From Clostridia bacterium (GTDB taxonomy: Bacteria; Bacillota; Clostridia; Christensenellales; UBA1242), in NCBI GenBank assembly GCA_045594425.1, contig JAZNYK010000006.1:138619-202618 (forward strand): a stretch of DNA of 64,000 nt, in the 5' to 3' direction. A program made the translations under genes and the position numbers. The notes beneath the pieces are model-generated. The model saw only the letters and a list, made by a program, of their open reading frames with translations. It was not told the DNA's origin and did not search any database. Each line of letters opens with the position of its first letter. The first letter of the stretch is position 1. Below are positions 7,744-15,629 of this stretch, piece by piece.

Positions 7744-9288
7744 TTATAACTTCCCAGTAATAAATTTTTTAATTTCTTCATCAGAAAACATATCTTCAGC
7801 GTCATAGTCATCATCAAGCAAATCGATCCACAATGATATTTTATTTAAAGCATCACTTATTATATCTTTTTCTAAAACAGAAGTTATTTCAACTGATTCA
7901 AATGGTAGGAAAAGCAACTGTGACATTTTAAAATATCCATTACTTTTACATATATCTACGAACTTATTATACTTTTCCTCAATAAAATTAAAATCAATAT
8001 TTTCATCGTTGTTTAAAGCGTCTTCTAATGTACTTCGTGAATAAGAAGAGAACTTTGTATATATAAAGTTAAAATCTTTTTTCTCATAATAAACTATACC
8101 ATCTTTTAAAGATATAAAATTCAAGTATGTCGATTCTGCGTTATATTTTGTCTTTACAAAATGTTTAATATCTCCAAGTGATGTACCACATTCTTCACAT
8201 ATTTTATCAACAATTTTTACTGCTTGTTCTGGACCAAAATTTACATTTAAATAATAATCGATACTTAGTTTTGTAGGTTTTATGAAATCCTTTTTTGTTT
8301 TTGACAATAACTTTTGACCATCAAAATCACACAACTCTTTTAATTTTGATAAATTATTAAAATTAACTTGTATTAAATATTCAACAGATTTAGCAATCAT
8401 AGAGTGCCAACTATCAACAAAAATTTCCTGACCATTTATCTTAAATGAAACAATTTTTGTCATCTTAAATACATCTCTATCTGAAGGTTTGCTAATTAAA
8501 ATACAATCCTCTGTTAAATCCGGAGCATTTCGTGAAGTAATACAGCTAAAAAATTGAAGATACAATTTTAAAATAATGTTTACCGACTTTCTTATATCTA
8601 ATCTATCTGCATATCTCAAATCAATATAATTAATAAATTTTTTACTATGTTTTAAAAGTTCGGTTTTTGAATCCATTAAAACTAATGGAACTCTTGCACT
8701 GCTCACTTTAAAGAAGATATTATCTATTTTTGAAAAATAATCTATTTTCGCATCCGCATATTTTTCAGATTTCCCCTTAAAATTCATTAACCATTTCTTA
8801 AATTTAAAATATAAATCCTCTTTAACAAAATTTTGAATTTCTTGAGGCTCGTCACATGCCTTTCTTTTATATAAAACTTCTACTTTATCTAAATCTATCT
8901 CTGCATATTTGAGTAACTCTCTGATAAGCCATAGCAAATGTAAAGAATCCGTATTTGTCTCCACATAAATTCCACTTCTTGAAATCTTTGGAGAAATAAA
9001 TTTATGTTTTTCGTTATTTGAAAAAAATTGTCTCTTCGTCCAAGGAACTTCAAATGTTGAACAATTGAAATAAAAATCTTTTTTAAACTTATCAATGTAA
9101 TCTATGGTTTCTACAACAGCGTTAGCCCATGTATTTACATAAATTATATCATTATTGATTTTAATAATATATGGTCTTGAATATTCGTATTTATTGACAT
9201 AATCAAAAAAATCAGCCTTGTATAATCTTCCACCCTGATATAATACAACATTATGCTTATTAAATAATTCTTTTTCCTTATCAATCAT
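7744..9288 (-). CDS. Hypothetical 514-aa protein with an internal duplicated motif
   Basis: The ORF is long, uninterrupted and tightly packed in the operon. I see no catalytic motif. Two related ~30-aa segments occur: YIIKINNDIIYVNTWANAVVETIDYI and VSFKINGQEIFVDSWHSMIAKSVEYL. Confidence 0.6.
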   Translation of the reverse strand: MIDKEKELFNKHNVVLYQGGRLYKADFFDYVNKYEYSRPYIIKINNDIIYVNTWANAVVETIDYIDKFKKDFYFNCSTFEVPWTKRQFFSNNEKHKFISPKISRSGIYVETNTDSLHLLWLIRELLKYAEIDLDKVEVLYKRKACDEPQEIQNFVKEDLYFKFKKWLMNFKGKSEKYADAKIDYFSKIDNIFFKVSSARVPLVLMDSKTELLKHSKKFINYIDLRYADRLDIRKSVNIILKLYLQFFSCITSRNAPDLTEDCILISKPSDRDVFKMTKIVSFKINGQEIFVDSWHSMIAKSVEYLIQVNFNNLSKLKELCDFDGQKLLSKTKKDFIKPTKLSIDYYLNVNFGPEQAVKIVDKICEECGTSLGDIKHFVKTKYNAESTYLNFISLKDGIVYYEKKDFNFIYTKFSSYSRSTLEDALNNDENIDFNFIEEKYNKFVDICKSNGYFKMSQLLFLPFESVEITSVLEKDIISDALNKISLWIDLLDDDYDAEDMFSDEEIKKFITGKL

Positions 9289-9318
9289 ACAACTTAATCC
9301 TATAGTTTCTTCAAAAAA

Positions 9319-11265
9319 CTAAGAGTTTATCCTTTCAATAAACTTGGTAATAACCTTCTTTTTAAATTCTAGATACTGATTCGTCTCAAACACAAATACA
9401 AATCTTGACCCTATTTCTCTTTCAATATCATCTTCTTCTGTTAATGATTCAGTATAATCACTAAAAGTTTCTTCTGCTTCTTTTATATACATTTTTGTAT
9501 AATCACATTGAACTTCAGATAGTTTCGTCTTTAACAATTCTATTTTCTTACAAATTAAATTATTTTTTAATAAGGTCTCATTTATCTTCTTAGGAATAAA
9601 AATAAAATTAAATACATCATCTTTTAAAAGTCTAATATTTTCAGAATAGTTACAACTAAATTCTTTAGTTCCAATCTTAACTATATATTTTCCAGAATCA
9701 TTTATCAAAAAATGTTCTACCGAAAAATTATCAACAGAATTCAAATAATCTGTTAATTTCGAATAAGCACCACCTCTAATAACAATTTTTTCGCCTTTTA
9801 TTTGAAAAAAATTATAAATAGATGCAAGCATTTTTGCTTTGTATTGTTGCGAAATATTTAAACCATCTTCATCGACATTAAATTGCGTATTATTTATATT
9901 TCTAGTTAACCACTCTAAAGTTGTCATATTTTTAATTTTACTAAGCAACTTTACTTGTATATTTTTTTCTTTTATTATATCTGTAATCATTTCAGTATTT
10001 TTTCTTATTTTTGATAAAGATAATAAATTACAATACATAACAATAGAATAAATCGTTTCTGCAATCTTTTTTCTGTTTAAATCATTAGCATCTTGTAATT
10101 CTAAAAAGTACTTTATTATAAATGCATTCGTAATAAGCATCGTTTGATCTTTTAATATCGTAGAAATATAACTATTTATAATATTATACTGCACATTGGA
10201 TATTTGAGCTTTTGTTAAGATATCTTTTAACTTTGGAGATATTCCAGAAGGATTATTTTTTATTTCAACAAGTATTTCTAATATTGAATTCAACCTTTTT
10301 AGCATATTTCTAAAATATGTTTTATTATTGACAACTTTTATTATATGAGTACCCTCATAATACATCGAACCATCTATTTCAATACTATGTTTCAATAGGA
10401 AGTCTTTTCCAAATCGTACATCCATATATTTCTCATTTAAATATAAATCACAATATAAGAAATGTTGTAACATATCAACAATTTCATATTTTTTCTTTTT
10501 AAAACCCTCATTGAAATTAGAGTTTAACTGCTTTAACATTCTCCATGATTGTTTTATTTCATCGCCTGAATCAATAGAATATAAATAACTAGCAAAAATA
10601 TCTTCATCATCCAATTGAACGCCTTTTAAATTAACATCTAAAAAATATTGCATACCTTTACTTGATGAAGTATCACTAGAAACAATAACATTAAAAACAC
10701 TGTTTTTTAAATTTTGTAAAAAATCAGCAACTTTCTCTTTATTATTAATAACTTGACACTGTGTAATTTCTTTGTAAATTAAACAGTAAGAATCTAATTG
10801 CCTGTAATAATCTAAAGTTACAATGTTATTAATTTGCTCTTCATTTAGACCATCTAAAGTATAATTATTTTCCCTTAATTTCTGAAATGATGGAAAATTC
10901 TCAATTTTTAAAGAACATTGTTCAAATATATCTAAGTCTTCCTCATATTTGCTTCTTATATAATCCAAAATCATTAATAAAATAGTAATTCTCTGTTGAC
11001 CATCTATTATATCAAATACATTTCCACCACTTTCTTTTAAAATAATATTTCCTAGGAATATATTGTTTTTTGACAAATCTCTAATTAATTCTAATAGTTG
11101 CTGTTTACCCCATCTTAATTCTCTTTGAAAGCTTGGAATGTTATACTCTCTACATGGAGCCAATACTTTTACTTCCGAATTTCCACTATTTGTTTGTATA
11201 TTAATTTTAGATTCTTTATTATGTAAAAAATATTCCAAATTAATAATAGTACCAAAAAGATCCAT
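9319..11265 (-). CDS. DUF262 (ParB-like, DGQQR) protein with a degenerate DUF1524/His-Me-finger-like C-terminus; GmrSD/SspE-like architecture
   Basis: 648 aa. The N-terminus has IPSFQRELRWGKQQ...DIIDGQQRITIL. The C-terminus has VEHF...NFIFIPKKINETLLKN. An AAAGGAG SD lies upstream. Confidence 0.7.
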   Translation of the reverse strand: MDLFGTIINLEYFLHNKESKINIQTNSGNSEVKVLAPCREYNIPSFQRELRWGKQQLLELIRDLSKNNIFLGNIILKESGGNVFDIIDGQQRITILLMILDYIRSKYEEDLDIFEQCSLKIENFPSFQKLRENNYTLDGLNEEQINNIVTLDYYRQLDSYCLIYKEITQCQVINNKEKVADFLQNLKNSVFNVIVSSDTSSSKGMQYFLDVNLKGVQLDDEDIFASYLYSIDSGDEIKQSWRMLKQLNSNFNEGFKKKKYEIVDMLQHFLYCDLYLNEKYMDVRFGKDFLLKHSIEIDGSMYYEGTHIIKVVNNKTYFRNMLKRLNSILEILVEIKNNPSGISPKLKDILTKAQISNVQYNIINSYISTILKDQTMLITNAFIIKYFLELQDANDLNRKKIAETIYSIVMYCNLLSLSKIRKNTEMITDIIKEKNIQVKLLSKIKNMTTLEWLTRNINNTQFNVDEDGLNISQQYKAKMLASIYNFFQIKGEKIVIRGGAYSKLTDYLNSVDNFSVEHFLINDSGKYIVKIGTKEFSCNYSENIRLLKDDVFNFIFIPKKINETLLKNNLICKKIELLKTKLSEVQCDYTKMYIKEAEETFSDYTESLTEEDDIEREIGSRFVFVFETNQYLEFKKKVITKFIERINS

Positions 11266-11299
11266 ATTTTCTCCTTTGCAAACCCTTGTATTTATTTAC

Positions 11300-11308
11300 A
11301 TTATAACA
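11300..11308 (-). promoter_or_regulatory. Extended -10 element (TGTTATAAT) upstream of the DUF262 operon
   Basis: The reverse strand reads TGtTATAAT about 35 nt upstream of ATG 11265. The -35 is weak. Confidence 0.35.
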
Positions 11309-11375
11309 TACAAATAAAATTTTTCTATAAAATTACTGAAGAAAAACAGTAAATTTTACATTTACCGTTTCTTAT

Positions 11376-12452
11376 TTAAGTTTTCCATTTAAATATTGTT
11401 GCAATTTTATTTTTAATGTTAACTGTATAAGCAACCTTTCCTTTTGAATTCTTTATTATAATTTCAAAATTATCACAAGGTATTATTATTGACATCTTAT
11501 TGATGTACTCATTTATATCCTCCTTTTGTAATTCAACAAATGTTTTTAATGTAAGAAAATATACACCCATCTTATACTCACTGCTTAAAATTTCTATCCC
11601 ATAATTCTTTGATATTTCCATAAGTATTATTTCTTTACCTTCAAAGCAATCTACAGGAACACTTTCCTGGTGTAATTCTAAAATTTTTTCATCAAACAAA
11701 GAATGATATTCAATAAATATAACATCATAAATTAAACGAAATAAGCATCCTAAAGTATCTATTTTAATAGTTATTTCTTCTAAATCCTTCAATTGAATAA
11801 CTTTATTAACTCTTCCATTACTGTATGTAATATGAATATCTTCACTCCTATCCATTCTGTAACTTTTATGTTCAGCAATATTTCTCCATTGGTTGATATT
11901 GATATCATTTAAATATTCATTAAAAATAAATTTATATACTGGATCAAATTCTGAAAGTCCACCTACCATTTCTCCCAGTGTTTTTGTTCTTTCCTTGTTA
12001 CAAAATAAATTATAATGCAATAATATTTGTGGCTTAATATATACTTCAACCACAGTATTTATCAAATTAAATAAATATTGCATTTTTATATTCCCTTGTT
12101 CTGGAGGTTCATAATTATTTATCAAAGCATTCTCTGCAAAATGTCTAAAACTATCTGATATATTACAATAATTTTCATTGATAATCTCACTAAAATATTC
12201 AACATCAGCGGTCTTATTTCTTATTAAATTAAGAATATCATTTAAAATATCCTTATCACTAAAAAATTGTTTAACTCTTTTATAATAGGTATAATCATAA
12301 TTTAAAACCCCAAATTCGCAAATTTTTTTCAACTCTTGCTTACTAGTAATAAAAAATATTTCCTTTAATTCATTATAAACATCCTCTACTGTAAATCTTC
12401 CACATTGTGCCATCTCGTTTTTTAAACTTTTAAACAACTCTTTCTTATCCAT
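11376..12452 (-). CDS. Hypothetical protein with HEPN-type R-x4-H motif
   Basis: 358 aa. The only recognisable element is NQWRNIAEHKSY (RN-x3-H). It appears to be its own transcription unit, with an SD (AAGGGGA), an upstream promoter-like TTGATT-16-TGgTATAAT and a weak AT-rich hairpin downstream. Confidence 0.55.
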   Translation of the reverse strand: MDKKELFKSLKNEMAQCGRFTVEDVYNELKEIFFITSKQELKKICEFGVLNYDYTYYKRVKQFFSDKDILNDILNLIRNKTADVEYFSEIINENYCNISDSFRHFAENALINNYEPPEQGNIKMQYLFNLINTVVEVYIKPQILLHYNLFCNKERTKTLGEMVGGLSEFDPVYKFIFNEYLNDININQWRNIAEHKSYRMDRSEDIHITYSNGRVNKVIQLKDLEEITIKIDTLGCLFRLIYDVIFIEYHSLFDEKILELHQESVPVDCFEGKEIILMEISKNYGIEILSSEYKMGVYFLTLKTFVELQKEDINEYINKMSIIIPCDNFEIIIKNSKGKVAYTVNIKNKIATIFKWKT

Positions 12453-12569
12453 ATATCCCCTTCGAATTTAAATAATATTTCATATAAACCTTTACATTAT
12501 CTTATAATTATACCACAATGTCTTATTAAATCAATAAATTCGACATTTTTTGCAAATATAATGATGCTA

Positions 12570-12592
12570 TACCATCATTTTCCTCCTTTTTG
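12570..12592. repeat. Left arm of an imperfect inverted repeat (contains the reverse complement of an SD)
   Basis: The arm is TACCATCATTTTCCTCCTTTTTG. The core TTTCCTCCTTTTTG is the perfect reverse complement of 12752-12765. Confidence 0.5.
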
Positions 12593-12642
12593 TGGGGTTG
12601 TTTGAGGGGTTTTAGGATATCAGGTTTTTCGGCTGGGTCAAA

Positions 12643-12668
12643 GGCAAAATTTATTTTGCCATTTTTTT
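12643..12668 (+). terminator. Terminator-like hairpin with T-run, with no obvious upstream + strand gene
   Basis: The hairpin is GGCAAAatttatTTTGCC, followed by ATTTTTTT. Confidence 0.4.
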
Positions 12669-12751
12669 ATTGTGCTGAATTTGAAACATAAATTTTGGCT
12701 TTTTCTTTGACTCATCCGTGCAAACCTGATTTTTTCTTTGGTAAATTTTTT

Positions 12752-12774
12752 CAAAAAGGAGGAAATTATGTTAC
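12752..12774. repeat. Right arm of the imperfect inverted repeat (contains the SD of the mini-ORF)
   Basis: The arm is CAAAAAGGAGGAAATTATGTTAC. There is a 14-nt perfect complement with 12578-12591/92, plus 6/8 matches in the extension when one gap is allowed. Confidence 0.5.
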
Positions 12775-12851
12775 CGAAAGTTCACACGACTTCACATCAA
12801 CTTCACATAACTTCACATTGTTTTACGTATTTTTCACATTGTTTTACATAA
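12768..12851 (+). CDS. Candidate 27-codon mini-ORF (MLPKVHTTSHQLHITSHCFTYFSHCFT)
   Basis: A strong SD (AAAGGAGGAAATT) precedes the ATG. The peptide's repetitive Ser-His content is a by-product of the TTCACA DNA repeats, so coding is doubtful. Confidence 0.25.
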   Translation: MLPKVHTTSHQLHITSHCFTYFSHCFT

Positions 12852-12859
12852 ACTTCACA
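12781..12859 (+). repeat. Array of six TTCACA boxes in helical phase
   Basis: Boxes start at 12781, 12791, 12802, 12812, 12833 and 12854, giving spacings of 10, 11, 10, 21 and 21 bp. TTCACATTGTTTTAC occurs twice (12812, 12833). The array ends 58 bp upstream of the recombinase ATG. Confidence 0.6.
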
Positions 12860-12916
12860 CAATCTCATAACACTTTTTAAAAATCTTAGTTATTCTAAAA
12901 TCAGGAGGAAAAAAAT

Positions 12917-14425
12917 ATGAAGACAGCAGTTATTTATGCAAGATATTCAAGCGATAAGCAAACCGATCAATCTATTGAAGGACAACTTCGAGTTTGCAAT
13001 GATTACGCAAATAGAAACAAAATTTTAGTTGTTGGCACATATATTGACCGTGCAACGACAGGAACTAATGATAATCGTATTGATTTTCAAAGAATGATGC
13101 GTGATAGTTTCAAAAAAGAATGGGATTATATCTTAGTTTATAAACTAGATAGATTCTCAAGAAACAAATACGAGATGGCTATGCACAGAAAAACTCTCAG
13201 GGATAATGACGTTAAAATTTTATCAGCCAGTGAGCACATACCCGAAACACCCGAAGGAATTCTTATGGAATCTTTGCTTGAAGGTATGGCTGAATATTAC
13301 TCAGCTGAACTATCTCAAAAAGTTAAAAGAGGACAAAACGAAAACAGACAAAAAGGACTATATACTGGAGGTCCACTTCTTTATGGTTATCAAGTAAAAG
13401 ATAGATCTATATCTATCAACGAAGACGAAGCTCAAATTGTCAAATATATTTTCGAAAGCCATGCATCAGGAAAATACGCCAGAGAAATTTGTGAAGAGTT
13501 GACTGAAAGAGGCATTTACCACATAGGCAAACCATTTCAAGAAAATACTGTCATTAAGTTTTTGAAAAACGAAAAGTATATTGGCATTTATAGACACGGG
13601 GACGAAGTTTTCACAAACATCTACCCTGCTATAATTCCAAAACATTTGTTTTATGCTGTAAGAGAAAGATTGGCTGCAAACCATTATGGAAAACATTCAC
13701 TAGAAACAAAATATCTTTTAGGCGATAAACTCTTTTGCGGTTATTGTGGACATAAAATGCTATCCACTTCCGGTGCCGGAAAAGATGGAGTTCTTCGAAG
13801 ATATTATAATTGCCACGGCAGAGTTAAATTAAAAACCTGTAAAAAACGCAGCGTTAGAAAAGAACTTATAGAAAACCTTGTTGTTGAAGTTACTTTTAAA
13901 ATTTTTGAAAACAAAGAAAACTTAAATTTTCTTGCCGATAAAGTTATTGAACTTCATAATTCAAAAATTGAAAACCATTCAGTTCTTAATATCTTAGAAA
14001 AAGAAAGAGATGAAGTAAGTAATAATCTTAACAACATTATGATGTGTTTAGAACAAGGAATAACAAGCGAATCAACAAAAAAGAGACTTCTGGAACTTGA
14101 TAAACGATTAAAAGAATTGAACGAAAAGATATCACTAGAAAAGCAAAAAGACAGAAAACCAATTCTTTCAAAAAAAGATGTTATATACTTTATAACCCAT
14201 CAATTAAAACAAGAACCCGACGTAATAATTCAATTACTAGTCAAGAAAGTAATTATTTATGACGACAAAGTTGAAATTATTTTTAACTACACTCACAAAA
14301 AGGACACCCTTGATTCCCTTCAAGAGTGCCCTTTTTATATTGACAAAATTTCAAGAACAATCAAAAATACGAAAATCAATCAAAATGATTATGAATTGAC
14401 TTTTGAACTTGAAGCTTATTTTTAA
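12917..14425 (+). CDS. Large serine recombinase
   Basis: 502 aa. The N-terminal resolvase/invertase domain reads AVIYARYSSDKQ...IEGQ...DRFSRN. A recombinase domain follows, then a Cys-rich zinc-ribbon region (CGYCGHKM...YYNCHG...C) and a coiled-coil-like tail. An AGGAGG SD lies upstream. Confidence 0.85.
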   Translation: MKTAVIYARYSSDKQTDQSIEGQLRVCNDYANRNKILVVGTYIDRATTGTNDNRIDFQRMMRDSFKKEWDYILVYKLDRFSRNKYEMAMHRKTLRDNDVKILSASEHIPETPEGILMESLLEGMAEYYSAELSQKVKRGQNENRQKGLYTGGPLLYGYQVKDRSISINEDEAQIVKYIFESHASGKYAREICEELTERGIYHIGKPFQENTVIKFLKNEKYIGIYRHGDEVFTNIYPAIIPKHLFYAVRERLAANHYGKHSLETKYLLGDKLFCGYCGHKMLSTSGAGKDGVLRRYYNCHGRVKLKTCKKRSVRKELIENLVVEVTFKIFENKENLNFLADKVIELHNSKIENHSVLNILEKERDEVSNNLNNIMMCLEQGITSESTKKRLLELDKRLKELNEKISLEKQKDRKPILSKKDVIYFITHQLKQEPDVIIQLLVKKVIIYDDKVEIIFNYTHKKDTLDSLQECPFYIDKISRTIKNTKINQNDYELTFELEAYF

Positions 14426-14510
14426 TTGCATTAATTAAATCATAAATGACAATCTAACCTTGAAATAATTTTTAAATTTTGATAAAATACACGTAAGGAG
14501 AAAAATATAT

Positions 14511-15368
14511 ATGTATCACAGCTGTTCTCAAGATGAATTAAGATCCCATTGCAAACAAAATTTAGAAAATTTTGAAATTTGGGCAAGAAATTTAATTCAC
14601 GAAAAAATGCTCGAATCTTATGGTGTTAATTATATAAATTATCAAAAAGACGATGGAACCTTTTTACTAAAAAGAGAACTTCGTGAACATGTGTCAGGAA
14701 TGTTAAAAAAAAATCCAGAAAGATGTAAAAAACCTGTGGATACATTGTTTATAGATGATATTATTTATATTTTATGTCACAGCACATTATACAAATCTTT
14801 ATTTAAAGAAGCACTAGACGAAATTTACCCAGACGGATGTTCAGAAGTAAGAACCATACTATCAAGGCTAGTCCCTATCAGAAATTCTCTTTCTCATTCA
14901 AACCCTATATCTATACATCAAGTTGAAAGAGTGATATGTTATACACATGATTTTATTGAAGGATTAAAAATTTATTACACAAAAAAAGGAAAAGAAAAAA
15001 TGTGGAATGTTCCATCTATTATAAAAGTGAAAGACTCTTTAGGAAATGTTTTTGAAAATTTAAATAATGACAAGCACACTATCGTTCTTGAAGTAAATCA
15101 ACAATTATATTGTGGTGATAGTTATTCTGTTGAAGTTGAAATTGATCCGTCATTCTCTAAATCTAATTATGATATAGTTTGGAAATGTAAAAATAAAAAC
15201 CTAAAAGACCAAACATCAAATACTTTAAATTTAAAATTTACCCCAAAAGATGTTGGTATGTTATATGGAATTCACTGCACAGTCATTTCAAAAAATGAGT
15301 GGCATAAATTCACTCTTCATGATAGTGAAATTTTACTTTGCCTAACAATACTTCCACCTAAAAACTAA
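14511..15368 (+). CDS. Hypothetical protein with HEPN-type R-x4-H motif
   Basis: 285 aa. The N-terminal half has LVPIRNSLSHSNP (RN-x3-H), and the C-terminal part is beta-rich. An AAGGAG SD and a TTGAAA-17-TAAAAT promoter-like element lie upstream. Confidence 0.55.
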   Translation: MYHSCSQDELRSHCKQNLENFEIWARNLIHEKMLESYGVNYINYQKDDGTFLLKRELREHVSGMLKKNPERCKKPVDTLFIDDIIYILCHSTLYKSLFKEALDEIYPDGCSEVRTILSRLVPIRNSLSHSNPISIHQVERVICYTHDFIEGLKIYYTKKGKEKMWNVPSIIKVKDSLGNVFENLNNDKHTIVLEVNQQLYCGDSYSVEVEIDPSFSKSNYDIVWKCKNKNLKDQTSNTLNLKFTPKDVGMLYGIHCTVISKNEWHKFTLHDSEILLCLTILPPKN

Positions 15369-15600
15369 TATCAAATTTTATAATATATATTTTATATTTT
15401 CTACCCTATTACAATAAAATTGAATAGTGTTAAATCTTCATAAACCCCGATATTTTTCAGCATTTATAAAAAAATAGAGTTAATAAAAATGAGTGCCGCA
15501 GATGGGTTTTTGAACCCCATAAGATTAATATAATGGTTGCATATGATTAACGTCAAGTTTATCTGATTTTGAGATATTAATATGTGTGTTTTTGCAAGCA

Positions 15601-15629
15601 AAAAACAAGCCAATAAAGTTGGCTTGTTT
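15601..15629 (-). terminator. Rho-independent terminator of the methyltransferase gene
   Basis: ACAAGCC-loop-GGCTTGT, followed by a T-run on the reverse strand immediately after the stop. Confidence 0.6.

Larger units (their letters stand above)
1..15600. mobile_element. Putative horizontally acquired defence island (left end outside the window, right end approximate)
   Basis: The region is markedly more AT-rich than the downstream housekeeping genes by spot counts. Its content is defence-type genes plus a large serine recombinase. No att sites could be defined. Confidence 0.45.

Noticed and set aside
3615-9288. Reading the ATPase plus small protein plus nuclease genes as a Lamassu, Septu or Gabija-type system.
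   Set aside because: The gene order and domain set do not fit what I know of those systems. There is no LmuA-type effector upstream of the SMC-like gene, no HNH partner as in Septu, and no OLD/TOPRIM+UvrD pair as in Gabija. The ATPase resembles the adjacent DndD most closely. This cannot be fully excluded without HMM searches.
12695-12880. 61-aa ORF in the recombinase upstream region.
   Set aside because: It starts at TTG without an SD. Its sequence is dictated by the TTCACA repeat array. The alternative 27-codon ATG ORF with a strong SD is the only (weak) coding candidate here.
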